This document shows, piece by piece, positions 13,376 through 27,218 of a stretch of DNA of 64,000 bases. The translations under genes were made by a program, and so were the position numbers. The stretch comes from Octopus vulgaris (taxonomy: Eukaryota), in assembly GCA_951406725.2 (NCBI GenBank), contig OX597837.1, positions 24,800,001 to 24,864,000 of the forward strand. The letters are read 5' to 3'. The notes beneath the pieces are model-generated. The model did not search any database. It was not told the DNA's origin and saw only the letters and a list, made by a program, of their open reading frames with translations. Within the stretch, counting starts at the first letter, position 1. Each line of letters starts with the position of its first letter.

Positions 13376-13448
<73 letters not shown>

Positions 13449-13749
13449 ATATATTCACACACACACGCACACAATATATATATATATATATATATACAAA
13501 TATATGCATGTATATACAAATACATATACACATACGACTGATCCTACTATACTGTGTAGTCAACAAAATCAAAAACAAACTGTGCATACACAGAATTAAA
13601 AATATAAATGTATATGCATGTTACAAATATAAATATGTATATACATGCATGTATGTGTATATGTATATATACACACACACACATGTGTATGTGTATATAT
13701 ATATATATATCTACACACATACTCATGTATACATACTCATACATAGACA

Positions 13750-14155
13750 CAGTGTCCCCAAAGTCCATCCCCTCCTCACCGTGGTGGGGATGCTGGCAAT
13801 GGGTAGTGTCAGAGCTATGCCGTCGGGAACTTCGGTTCCTGGTAGGGCCACCCAAGGCGGATTGGTCTGACACCGAGTGGTATTAGGGCCACAACCCGGC
13901 AGACGGGGCTCTGGTGAAAATCCTCGGAGTGTCTGTTTTGGCAACCGGTGGCTCCTCAGTCGTTCTGTCCCTGCGTCTGCGGACAATCTGCGGCAAACAG
14001 GATGTCTCTACATGTGGGATTGTTGGGGACCGCTTGTGAAATTCATATTCCCATGAAACTTCTGCCACTGCCATGGTTCAAGATGCCTCGAGGGTGGTGG
14101 AAGAAGCCGACTCAACCTGCCCAGGGTGAATGTCGCCACAAGTACAAGTAAGTAC
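13750..14155 (+). mobile_element. Bipartite non-autonomous RTE derivative (5'UTR joined to 3' end)
   Basis: CCGTGGTGGGG..GAGCTATGCC..CCTGGTAGGGCCACCCAAGGC resembles RTE/Rex3-type 5'UTRs; ends in a (CAAGTA)n tail; GC-rich relative to the flanks. Confidence 0.55.
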
Positions 14156-14269
14156 ATACACACACATGCATGCATACACACACATGCACATGCATGCATA
14201 CACACATACAAATATGCTTCCCTCAGCTTCTGCATCACATTGGTGATATCCTTAAAGTTTTGGAGGAGG

Positions 14270-14790
14270 GCTGAAGCATTGCTGTTTGATATCTTGATTT
14301 CAGCAAATCCTTTTTACAGAGTTGACCACAACAACCTCTTGTTCAAATTATCCAATACTGGAATTCATGGTAAACTGCTCCACTGCATTAAGTATTTCCC
14401 TACTAACAGAACCCAACATGTGATTGAAAGAATCCATTCAAACACAGCAAAAGTCCCCGGTGGTATTCCACAAAGGACTGTGCTGGTCCCCTTCTCTTTG
14501 TAGTCTATCTATGTGACATGTTGAGTGTCATCAAGCACAGTAAAATCAAATATTTGCAGATGACTCCAAGCTTCAAAAAACTTGTCAATGGAGAAGATTG
14601 AGCAAAACTCCAAACTCTGGTCTGATCTCCATCGTTGTATGTTAATGAATGAACAGAAACTACAAGCTGTTAAATGAGGGAAAATTTGAACTGATGCACT
14701 TTGGAAAAAAGAGAGTTGTGTTCAAATAGCCATACTCTCTTCCTTCAGGAGAACCAGTCAAAGTATCCAAACAATATCAGAGACTGAAAT
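14270..14790 (+). pseudogene. Decayed CR1/Jockey-group reverse transcriptase fragment
   Basis: DFSK..RVDHNNLLFKLSNTGIHGKLL..GIPQRTVL..IFADDSKL across frameshifts. Confidence 0.8.
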
Positions 14791-15448
14791 ATAATTGGTA
14801 CATACAGTTACACTACATTTGGGAAAAAAGCTGAGATGGTCATGTTTGGATTGCCTTTGGTAATAGGTCTGTTCAGTCAGGATTGATTTGTTGCTAACCC
14901 ACAACACCAGCAACATATTAAATTCAAATCTGCTTTCATCTATATCATTAGCTTTTTCACTATCCTTCCTTTCCTTTCTTTTCCCTTTCAGACAATTCAA
15001 TCTTTTTATTACAAAACATTTTAGCCTCAATTTCCTGTCAGTTCCACAGTAACCCCACCCACCCCACACTTTTGACAATTAAGTGGATTAAGGATGATTG
15101 AGTAGCTTGTTGCAAAAAAGAAGTATTCTCAGCGTGGAGATAGACTTGGACACATGACCTGACATTCTGTGGCGGGGCATGGAGAGGTATTTTATCATAT
15201 CACCCCCTAGTATTTATATCTTTTCTGTTATATTGGTTTCAAAATTTGGCACAAGGCCTGCAGTTTTGCAGGTGGGAGCCAAGTTGATTAAATCAACCCC
15301 AGTGCTCAACTGGTACTTATTTTATCAAACCTGACAGTATGAAAGGCAAAGTGAACCTCAGTAGAATTTGAACTCAGAACGTAGAGATAGACGCTCAGCA
15401 TCTTGCTTGCTCGCAGCTTTTATCTTTTCTATTATATTATATATATTA

Positions 15449-15808
15449 CTAGCAGTATCGCCCGGCGTTGCTCGGGTTTGTAAGGGAAATAACTATATAA
15501 GCATTTTTAGAGAGTTATAGCCAAAAAATAGAAAAAAAATGGAAAAAAAATGATGGTAAATTTTTTTTTAATCGTTGACTCATCGTAGACATTTTTAGAG
15601 TTACTTCCCTTATAAAATAGCGAAAAAAATGCATTAAAATGGAAAAAAATGATGGTAAATTATTTTTAAAATCGTAGACGCGCGCTAATACCCAGAATCA
15701 CGACTATAAGATACCCGGTTTTGGTTAAACTGCACCGCAAAATGTGGGAGTAGTTAGGAATCTAAATCGTAGGAGACAGACACACAACTTCACTTTTATA
15801 TATAAAGA
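15449..15808 (-). mobile_element. Complete non-autonomous Helitron
   Basis: Minus strand A|TCTTTATATATAAAAG ... CCCGAGCAACGCCGGG hairpin + CGATACTG + CTAG|T: 5' TC, 3' hairpin-CTAG, A^T target, no TSD. Confidence 0.85.
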
Positions 15809-15919
15809 TATTACTGTGTACAACAACATCTCCAGTTTGAAATGAGGCCAAGGACTGGCTCACTGTTATTTATGATGTTGGCAAGCAACACTGGATTTTA
15901 CTGACCCCAGAAATAAAGT

Positions 15920-16250
15920 AAAGACCCACTTCGGTTATGAATGACCATGGGATTGCACTTAGAAAGTTACCCTCTGAGGCCCAAGCCTGGGCAAGGTTGT
16001 TTATAGAAGACCAGCAGTCACCCATGCATACCAGCCTCCTCACTCCATGCCACTGATGTTGTCCAATGGAAAGGCAAAGGCTGATAAAGCTTGGCAGCAG
16101 TGATGTCGCAACCCATTTCTTCATCTGAATGAACTAGAGCAATATGAAATAAAGTGTCTTGCTCAAGAGCGCAAAACACAGCCTGGTTTGGGAATTGAAC
16201 TCACTACCTCATGATTGTGAGCCCGGTGTCTTAACCACTGGGCCATAGTA
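15920..16250 (-). mobile_element. tRNA-derived SINE family F
   Basis: Homologous to 25082-25388(+), which has head GGCTCAGTGGTTAG..GAGTTCGAATCCC and TSD aatataataaaa. Confidence 0.75.
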
Positions 16251-16372
16251 TTTGAGCTCAGAATGTAAAGAGATATAACTAAATATTGTAAATTATTTTG
16301 TCCGATTCTCTACCAACTGACCACCTTTTACACACACACACACACACACACACACTTAAATACATGTGTATG

Positions 16373-16415
<43 letters not shown>

Positions 16416-16440
16416 ATGTAGATAAGTATGTGAGTATATA

Positions 16441-17343
16441 TTGGGTCATCCCATAAATAATTCAGTCTATTTATACTTCTTTTATTTTTCAAAATTAAAG
16501 GAAGCAAAGTTCCTTTTTTTATCTAAAACATACTCTCCTTCATTTTCTCCAATGCTCTTCCATCTATGTGGTAGACTTGCAAGGCTCCTCTTCCAAAATT
16601 CACTTGTCCATGACAAAAAATGCTCCTCCAGTACTGTTCTGATTTCGTCTACAGAATTCATATTTTTTCTGTCCAAATGATTTTGAAAACTGTGGAATAA
16701 ATGATAATCAGATGGAGCAATGTCCAATGAATATGATGGGTGGGGCATCGTTTCCCATTCAAATTGCTCCAGCCTTTGCAATGTCATCCTCGCTGTTTGT
16801 CGCCAAGCATTATCCTGATGGAAGAACACCTTTTGTCTTCAAACCAAAGATGGTCGTTTTTCTTCTAGCACTGACTTGAATGACTGGTTGAACGACCAAA
16901 TCCAAGCTTCTCTGCTAGTTCCTCAGCAGTTATAATGGGATTTTGTTCAACCAGGGTTTGCAGGATGTCCTCATTGAACTCTATAGATCTTCCAGGATGA
17001 GCCTCGTCTACTAGGCTGTTATTTCCAGCTTGGAATTTCTGGAATCACTATTGACACTGGCTTATGCTTATTGTCCGATCTTCATATACTGCATTGATAT
17101 TCCTTGCACTTTCCATTGTGTTGTTACCTTTATTGAACTCATTAAGCAAAATATGCCAAATATGCTGCTTTGTCACTTCCATTAAAATCGAACCGCACTC
17201 TTCAAAACTTGCACTAAGAATAAAAACAGGGTAAAATTACCACCTGCTTTTACAGCAAGTTGATGCAGGTAGTTTATCCCATCCCCGCTCCGACTTTTAG
17301 TTCATGCAATTGTAAAAACTGCATTATTTATGGGTTGACCCAA
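16441..17343 (-). mobile_element. Mariner (DD34D) element, internally deleted, both TIRs present
   Basis: TA|TTGGGTCATCCCATAAATAATTCAG ... CTGCATTATTTATGGGTTGACCCAA|TA; transposase remnant FHQDNA..HPSYSLDIAPSDYHLF..ENEGEY; 903 bp, shorter than a typical ~1.3-kb element. Confidence 0.93.
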
Positions 17344-17434
17344 TATATATATGTACTCTCATACATGCCCAGCATGCAAACAATTCTGCCAGTTTGCCAT
17401 CTTCATCTTTTCTATTGTATTATACATCTTAGGT

Positions 17435-17820
17435 GTGGAGGCGCAATGGCCCAGTGGTTAGGGCAGCGGACTCGCGGTCATAGGATCGCGGTTTCGATTC
17501 CCGGACCGGGTATTGTGAGTGTTTATTGAGCGAAAACACCTAAAACTCCACGCGGCTACGGCAGGGGATGGTGGTGATCCCTGCTGTGCTCTTTCACCAC
17601 AACTTCCTCTCACTCTTACTTTCTGTTTCTGTTGTACCTGTATTTCAAAGGGCCGGCCTTGTCACTCTCTGTGTCACGCTGAATATCCCCGAGAACTACG
17701 TTAAGGGTACACATGTCTGTGGAGTGCTCAGCCACTTACACGTTAATTTCACGAGCAGGCTGTTCCGTTGATTCGGATCAACCGGAACCCTCGTCGTCGT
17801 AACCGACGGAGTGCTTCCAC
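17435..17820 (+). mobile_element. tRNA-derived SINE family D, full length
   Basis: A box TGGCCCAGTGG, B box GGTTTCGATTCC; TSD acatcttaggt at 17424-17434/17821-17831; CpGs retained, so young. Confidence 0.9.
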
Positions 17821-18173
17821 ACATCTTAGGTTGTTGTGAACGACGACAGCTTCAGTTTCTGTGTATGAGCATGTGCATGTATCTATACACACATGCACAT
17901 ACACACATACACACATATATATGATGGATTCTTCCATCGAAGACAATGTATGAGTGTTCAGTGAGAAGACAAAAAATTCAAACAAAATGGACAACACACT
18001 CGTGTGTGTGTGTGAGCGTGTATGTGCACATGTGTGGGTGTGTGTATGTGCACATGCGTGAGTGTGTACGTGTGTGTGTGCATATGTGCGTACGTGCGCA
18101 TGCATGGGTCTGTATACATGCATACATGTATACATACATGCATACATGTATACATGCATGCATACATACATAC

Positions 18174-18204
<31 letters not shown>

Positions 18205-18249
18205 CATACATACATACATACATACACACACATACATACACACACATAC

Positions 18250-18288
<39 letters not shown>

Positions 18289-18348
18289 CATACTTACATA
18301 CATACATATATACATACATACATACATACATACATAGACATACATACA

Positions 18349-18904
18349 TGGTGGCTGCCCCCTCGTTATCGAGTATGGCCATTGCACGAAGCTTAATCAA
18401 TGTTGTTATTGTGCAATGCCTGTGCAAGAAGATTTTTTTTAAAGTGAGGAAAGGCTGTGCACTGAGTCAATCCCACTCACTAAGCAACAGCAGCCTTAAT
18501 CCGAAAAGAAAAACAAGTCAACATCATCAGTAACCCCTGAGCCGCAGGCTTTATGTCGGAGTTATCCCAGTTACCTGAGTTACCGTCTCCTAGAAGGATG
18601 CCCTAACAAAGGCTAGGAGTCCTTCACTCCCAATGGTTTAACTGCGTGATCGGGTATTCAGTTCGATTATTTCTATGTCCCTGCGCTTGATACAGCCTTA
18701 AGACATTTATTGGATGGCTGTTGACTCTCAAGAGTTCCTCCGCCCTTTGACAGGTTTTGTTTTTCATCCCGCAGGGTGTCCAATATACACACCTCCTCAC
18801 CAAGCAAGCTTGGTAGGGTTGCCGGTTTAGTCGCCGACGACCCGACCATGCAACAAGTTGTACTGGGTTACATGTTACCAGTAGCACTCGAAAGTGACCT
18901 GAAA
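18349..18904 (-). mobile_element. RTE-derived bipartite element embedded in (TACA)n
   Basis: 5' part homologous to ~45090-45366, 3' end homologous to 57015-57062; TACA arrays on both sides. Confidence 0.7.
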
Positions 18905-19098
18905 TACATACATACATACATACATACATACATACATACATACATACATACATACATACATACATACATACATACATACATACATACATACATACATACA
19001 TACATACATACATACATACATACATACATACATACATACATACATACATACATACATACATACATACATACATACATACATACATACATGCATACATG
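18905..19098. repeat. Nearly perfect (TACA)n tetranucleotide array
   Basis: ~46 uninterrupted units; larger degenerate TACA/TATG arrays at ~18110-18348, 23556-24240, 45370-46060, 57236-57805. Confidence 0.95.
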
Positions 19099-19343
19099 CA
19101 TATATATATATATATATGTATATATTCTAATATAGTAATATACTAATGAATGAATGACGAAAGAACAAGAGTCACAAAATCAGTTTTGAGGGTGATTGCA
19201 TGATACCTGTTCTCCTGTCTTTCAATTATTAATATTTCGCTCTTCACTCAAAAGCAGACATATATTGGAGTTCTAACAATTGGTCATTAGTATCAATAAA
19301 TCTCAACACAATAATAATATAAACGTGCGTATATATGCGTGTT

Positions 19344-19429
<86 letters not shown>

Positions 19430-19789
19430 TGTGTATAAGGCAGATAAGAAAATGGAGAGGATATAAAATCGACAAACATTAGCCAGTAAACATTCCATTA
19501 TATCTATTTATTAGATGGTAACAAACATGTGATAAGTGGTACAAGTAACCGAATGAGATCAGCCAATAAATATGTAAGCCGCGTGTGTACCGTTGGCGAT
19601 TTTTTTCCTCTGTCTTCCCTTCTCTGGATCTTCCCTTCTCTGGATCTTTCCTTCTCCTATGTTTCCGACAAAGAGCTCTGCTCAAAACGTTAAACCCTCC
19701 TTCTTTCCTTCTTTCCTGAGCGTCCAATAATACTATATTTGTTCCATGTCCTTGTGTTGTTGTGTTTTTTTGTGCTTTCTTGTTTGGAT

Positions 19790-19832
<43 letters not shown>

Positions 19833-20154
19833 CCAAGAAAGTTAGAGGATGTGAATCAAACCAACTAAGGGATAATATCTATCCAATATACTGTGCTGGT
19901 AAAATACCCAATTATTAATACACAAGTGTTTTTTATTGCATTGCAATTACATTACCCAGTGTACTAAATGGGTGAAGGTAAAGAGATATTTTTGGTATCT
20001 TTATATATTAATATATTTGATATGTAAAGCATAATATGTTATACATGTATGTATATTCTTGTAATTGTCAGTTTAGTAAATAAATAAATAAGTTGACATA
20101 ATATAATGTCTGAAAATTGATGAACCACCTATTGATCCCCTCCATTTTCTTATT

Positions 20155-20199
<45 letters not shown>

Positions 20200-20470
20200 A
20201 TATATATATATATATATATATAAATGAATGAATAATACTAGATGTGTGTACAGATACTAATTCCTTCTTTTATATCTTCTCCATTTTCTTATTTGCCTTA
20301 TAGATCCTGGGTAAATTTCCAGTTTACCCCCACTCATACCTAATATTCAGCTGCAATAGTAAACACTTGGTTAAAAATATGTAGGTACACAGCCAGTAGT
20401 ATATTGGATATTTAATATCCCTCAGATAGTTTCTTAACCTCTAACTCATACACACACATATATATATAAT

Positions 20471-20521
<51 letters not shown>

Positions 20522-20590
20522 ATATACATACATACACACATATATATATATAATATACATACATATATATATACATACATACACACATAC

Positions 20591-20649
<59 letters not shown>

Positions 20650-21326
20650 CATGTACATATGTGTAAACATATATATATGTGTATATATATGTATGTATAC
20701 ATATATGCATGTGTATATGTGTGTATGTGTGTGTGTGTGTGACAGACTCTCCTGTTGAAGACAACATATGAGAAGACAGTAAAAAAAAAATTCCAACCAA
20801 AGAGACAATGAACAACACACTCACATTACAATTACTACTATTCACCAATGTTTACAATTCATTCACTTCACCTGGTGACTCCTCATACAAGTCCTCAGGC
20901 CACCAAAAGCAATATGGACATGAACATGACTTATTAAAACCAGCACATGATCTAGCTGAGAAATCTCAATTTAGACAATGGTGTCTTGCAGGAAGACAGT
21001 TGTTCTGCTGGTTTCTTTTACTATTTTCCAGGAACTGCTCTTGATGAAGTGCTTTTTGAATTTCAAAATTTTTAAGCTGGAAAAAGCAATCTTTCCTGAA
21101 GTTTGCACTATTTCTTACAATATTCTCAATTTTTTCTTTCTTAATATGTAGGCATTTCAAATTACCTTCGAATTTGTAGTTATAGGCGTAGGAGTGGCTC
21201 TGGTAAGTAGCTTGCTTACCAACCACATGGTTCTGGGTTCAGTCCCACTGCGTGGCACCTTGGGCAAGTGTCTTCTACTATATTTGGTAGACAGAAACTA
21301 AAAAAAGCCCATCATATATATGTATG

Positions 21327-21368
<42 letters not shown>

Positions 21369-21405
21369 AGATAAGAAAATGGAGAAATACATCTAAATCA
21401 AATAT

Positions 21406-21483
<78 letters not shown>

Positions 21484-22312
21484 ATGTATGTGCGGCAAGC
21501 TGGCAGAAACGTTGGCACGCCGGGCAAAATGCGTAGCCATATTTCGTCTGCCGTTACGTTCTGGGTTCAAATTCTGCCGAGGTCGACTTTGCCTTTCATC
21601 CTTTCGGGGGCGATAAATTAAGTACCAGTTACACACTGGGGTAGATGTAATCAACTTAATCCGTTTGTCTGTCCTTGTTTGTCCCCTCTGTGTTTAGTCC
21701 CTTGTGGGTAGTAAAGATATATATATATATATGTATGTGTATGTATATGTTTGTGTGTCTGTGTTTGTCCCTCCAGCATTGCTTAACAACCGATGCTGGT
21801 GTGTTTACATCCCCGTAACTTAGCAGTTTGGCAAAATAGACCAATAGAATAAGGACAAGGCCTACATAGAATAAGTCCTGGGGTCGATTTGCTCGACTAA
21901 AAGCAGTGCTCCAGCATGGCCACAGTCAAATGACTGAAACAAGTAAAAGAGTAAAAGAGTATACCATAGAAATAGCTGGCATTGTGAATTTACAAGCTGA
22001 CCCATAAATAATTTGTTTTGCTATTCAACCATTATTCATGTGAAAGATGAGTCCATACCATTGTATCTAAGAAACCTTCTATACTGAGTATTCCACACAT
22101 TCCCAGAATAAGGCTATGCTTTACTTTATCATCTCACCTGACCTTGCATATTTGCCTAAGATATCTCAAATGAAAACTGTTCAGTTGACTGATGTGCTTA
22201 GGATAAGGTATCCAGGTTTCTGCTCCATATAAAAGTGTTGTTAGGACAACTGACTTATAAACATCTATTTTTGTCCTTACTGAGACATCATGGCTGTTTC
22301 AAAGTCAATCAT

Positions 22313-22620
22313 ATTGTTGTTTGTTCCTTCTCAAGCCATGCCTGGCTCATAGGGCCGGTTTCCTGGTTTCATTGGCGTATAGATTCCCCACCTGGAGAGG
22401 ACGCCAGTCCGTTGTAGGTGAGCTGCAAGATGCAGGAGGAAAGAGTGATAGAAAGTTGTGGCAAAAGAGTCAGCAGAAGTTCACCATTACCTTCTGCTGG
22501 AGCCGTGTGGAAATTAGGTGTTTCGCTCATAAACACACACATCGCCCGGTCTGAGATTCGAACCTGTGATCCCTCGACTGCGAGTCCGCTGCTCTAACCA
22601 CTAGGCCATGTGCCTCCACA
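22313..22620 (-). mobile_element. tRNA-derived SINE family E
   Basis: Head like family D (GTGGAGGCACATGGCCTAGTGG..GGTTCGAATCT) with a different body and an AACAAACAAC tail; second copy ~47275-47570(+). Confidence 0.8.
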
Positions 22621-22869
22621 AAGTCAGTCATATATCTTCTCAAAAGATGCAGTAGTGGATGGTACCTGCAGAAGTGGGAGACCCAGGAAGACATGTGATG
22701 AAGTGGTGAGGACTGATCCCATGGATCTGATCCATGGGGCTCATGGAGGAAATGACAAGGGACCGAGGCTCTTGAGAAGACCTGCCCAGGTCAGTGAACC
22801 TGAGTTCTAGAAGCGGTGTGTTCCACCCACACAGAACAATAAAATTTTCACACACCCTACCCTAACATA

Positions 22870-23263
22870 GGCGCAGGAGTGGCTGTGTGGTAAGTAGCTT
22901 GCTAACCAACCACATGGTTCCGGGTTCAGTCCCACTGCGTGGCATCTTGGGCAAGTGTCTCCTGCTATAGCCCCGGGCCGACCAAAGCCTTGTGAGTGGA
23001 TTTGGTAGACGGAAACTGAAAGAAGCCTGTCGTATATATGTATATATATGTATGCATGTGTATGTTTGTGTCTGTGTTTGTCCCCCTAGCATTGCTTGAC
23101 AACCGATGCTGGTGTGTTTACGTCCCCGTCACTTAGTGGTTCGGCAAAACAGATCGATAGAATAAGTACTAGGCTTACAAAGAATAAGTCCCGGGGTCGA
23201 TTTGCTCGATTAAAGGCGGTGCTCCAGCATGGCCAAAGTCAAATGACTGAAACAAGTAAAAAA
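22870..23263 (+). mobile_element. SINE family A, full length
   Basis: GGCGCAGGAGTGGCTGTGTGG start through GACTGAAACAAGTAAAA end. Confidence 0.88.
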
Positions 23264-23685
23264 GTAACAGACCAAACAACATCTCCTCTCCCAAACCATT
23301 TCTTCCCTTCCTCACATTTCCTCTTCATCCACTATAATTATCTCCCATTCTCCAATCCTGTCTTCCCTGTCCTGCTCATTGTATTGTTGATTTCTCCACC
23401 CCCCCCTCTTTATCCCCAGGCTCTCACCATTCACAGTATTCCCCACTCCAACCCCTACTCGCATCTTCTTGGCAGTACCCTGCTGGCACTTGTCACCATT
23501 TATATCGGTTCCTTACTCAATTATGCTCTGGTCCCTGTTCCTTGCAAGTGTATCCTGTATGTATGTATGTATGTGTATGTATGTGTGTGTATGTATGTAT
23601 GTGTGTGTGTATGTATGTATGTATGTGTATGAATGTATGTGTGTTTGTGTATGTATGTATGTATGTATGTATGTGTGTGTGTGTA

Positions 23686-23716
<31 letters not shown>

Positions 23717-24779
23717 GTGTATGTGTGTGTATGTGTGTGTGTATGTATCTATGTATGTGTATGTATGTGTGTATGTATGTCTGTGTGTATGTATGTATGT
23801 ATGTATGTATGTATGTATGCCTGTGTATGTATATGTGTGTGTATGTATGTATGTATGTATGTGTGTGTATGTATGTATGTATGAATGTGTGTGTATGTAT
23901 GTATGTATGTATGTATATGTATGTGTGTGTGTATGTATGTATGTGTGCATATATGTATGTATGTATGTATATATGTATGTATGTGTGTGTGTATGTATGT
24001 ATGTATGTATGTATGTATGTATGTGTGTGTGTATGTATGTATGTATGTATATATTTATGTATGTATGTATGTGTGTGTGTGTATGTATTTATGTATGTAT
24101 GTATGTATGTATTTATGTATGTATGTATGTGTGTGTGTATGTATGTGTGTATGTATGTCTGTGTGTATGTATGTATGATCGTATGTATCTATGTATGTCT
24201 GTGTATGTATATGTGTGTGTGTATGTATGTATGTATGCAAGTGTCTTGTACTATAGCTTTGGGCCAACCAAAGCCTTGCGAGTGAATTTGGTGGATGGAA
24301 ACTGAAAGAAGCCCATCATATATATATATATATATATATATCTAATATAATAAATGCGAAAACTAATTTCTGTGTGTCTGTGTGTCAGACTTCGACCCCC
24401 TCTTTCACTATTCAATGACACTTCTATTCCTCATGCTGGGGGTGAGAGTAATAGTAGGCATAGAGACAGTGAGTGCAGCGGTGAAGACAGAGAGAGAGAG
24501 AGAAAGAAAAAGAGAAGGAGAGAAAGAGAAACAAAGAAATTTAAGTAGTAGTGTTGATGGTGGCAGTGGGAGTAATAATAAGAGAGAAAGAAAGAGTGGG
24601 TATGTGAGAGAAAGAGGGAGATGATGTACAACTTTATTTAACCATGTCTCTTTGACAGAAATTCCTGTGGCCAACATACTGAACACTGAACCAACATACT
24701 GAACACACACATACACACACACACACATACATATAAAATACACTATAATTGAAATAAAGTTTCCCCAAAATTAAACATA

Positions 24780-25724
24780 TCTAATATAATAAATGTGAAT
24801 GTGTGTCAGTATGTCACACTTTTTCAACTTTAATAAATCTTTTCTACTGGAAGCACAAGGCCTTAAATTTTAGGGGAAGGGAAGGAATTACATCAATCCC
24901 TATGTGCGTAACTGGTACTAATTTTATCAACACGGAAAGGATGAAAGGCAAAGTCAACTTTGGTGGAATTCGAACTCAAAACCTAACAGTAGACAAAATA
25001 CTGGTAAGTATTTTGCCCAGTGTGCTAACAATTCTGCCAGCTCGCCACCTTAATATAATATAATAATATAATATAATAAAAGGCGCATGGCTCAGTGGTT
25101 AGGGCGTCGAGCTTATGATCGTGAGGTTGTGAGTTCGAATCCCGGACCAGGCTGCATGTTTCATGTTGCTCCAGTTCACTCAGCTCTAGAAATGAGTTGC
25201 GACATCACTGGTGCCAAGCTGTATAGGCCTTTGTCTTTCCCTTAGATAACATCAGTGGTGTGTAGAGGGGAGGCTGGTATGCATGGGCGACTGCTGGTCT
25301 TCCATAAAACAACCTTACCTAGACTTGTGCCTGGGAGGGTAACTTTCTCCGTGCAATCCCACGGTCAGTCATGACCGAAGGGGGTTTCAATATAATAAAA
25401 GGTCAATATGACAGTATGTCACATTTTTCAACTTTACTCCTAGAGGCCGTAGCCCAACACATCATACCATTTTGGAATAAGGCTGACTCCATGACTAAAT
25501 TAAAAATATTCCGGTCCAAATCCAGACCTGCAATCCTGAAATTTTGGATTCATTACTGCACTTGTTTTCAGCAATTTTTTTTACATGATTTTGTTGCAAA
25601 GAATATGATCATCATTGGGATATGACCCTGGAGGAAGCAATTGCAACAAATTCTCCAAAACAAGTCAGAGATCTGTCTGCAGATTTTCCCATTCGGGGTC
25701 AGTTGCTTAAAAGCTATATACTAG
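24780..25724 (+). mobile_element. Probable Helitron remnant with nested SINE insertions
   Basis: A|TCTAATATAATAAATG start (same motif at ~24341, similar at ~58520) and CTAG at ~25721; 3' hairpin unclear. Confidence 0.45.
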
Positions 25725-26101
25725 CTTTGTGTGTCTTTGTGTCTGTTCTTGTCCCCCAACTCCACTTGACAACTGGTGTTGGTATGTTTACGTTCCCGTA
25801 ACTTAGCAGTTTGGCAAAAAGGGGCGATAAAATAAGTACCAGGCTTTAAAGAAAAAAAGGCACTGCAGTCGACTCATTTGACTAAAATTCCCAGCATGGC
25901 CACAGTCTAATGACTGGAACAAGTAAAAAGATAAAAAGATATATGTGTGTGTATATATATATATATATAGCATCATCATCATCATCATTTAACGTCCGCT
26001 TTCCATGCTAGCATGGGTTGGACGATTTGACTGAGGTCTGGCGAACCAAACTCCAATCTGATCTGGCAGAGTTTCTACAGCTGGATGCCCTTCCTAATGC
26101 C

Positions 26102-26648
<547 letters not shown>

Positions 26649-27139
26649 AAATTTGGATTCTTGATAAACCCTTGTCTTCACCTGTAATTTATGAACCAAA
26701 TATGTTTGCATATGTATGCCCATGGTCTAATATAGGTAATATACTGGTAGTCTGATGGATACTTCTATCCCTTAGACGGTTATTTTAACCTCTAACTCAA
26801 CTAACCTCTGTGTGTGTGTGTGTTTTAGTGACGTATGGCAGCTGTTGTTTGGGTGTGCTGCTACACCCAATGCCACCAAATTCCAAGCAGGGGTATAACA
26901 AAAGTTTCACATTAAGATTTGTGATTAAACAAATGAGTATGGTTAATATTTATAATGAATTTGCCATTTTTCAATGGGTGTGCGTGCAGCGCACACCTAG
27001 GTCGATTTTTGCCTTTCATCCTTTCGGGGTCGATTAAATAAGTACCATTTACGCACTGGGGTCGATGTAATCGACTTAATCCGTTTGTCTGTCCTTGTTT
27101 GTCCTCTCTGTGTTTAGCCCCTTGTGGATAGTAAAGAAC

Positions 27140-27218
<79 letters not shown>

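Noticed and set aside
13765-13825. HDV-like ribozyme at the RTE-like 5' end
   Set aside because: Could not assign P1/P2/P3/P1.1 consistently by eye.
17435-17510. tRNA gene (A and B boxes), likewise at ~25082, ~44215 and ~47275
   Set aside because: Continues into a shared SINE body (TSDs seen for three of these copies); these are tRNA-derived SINE heads.
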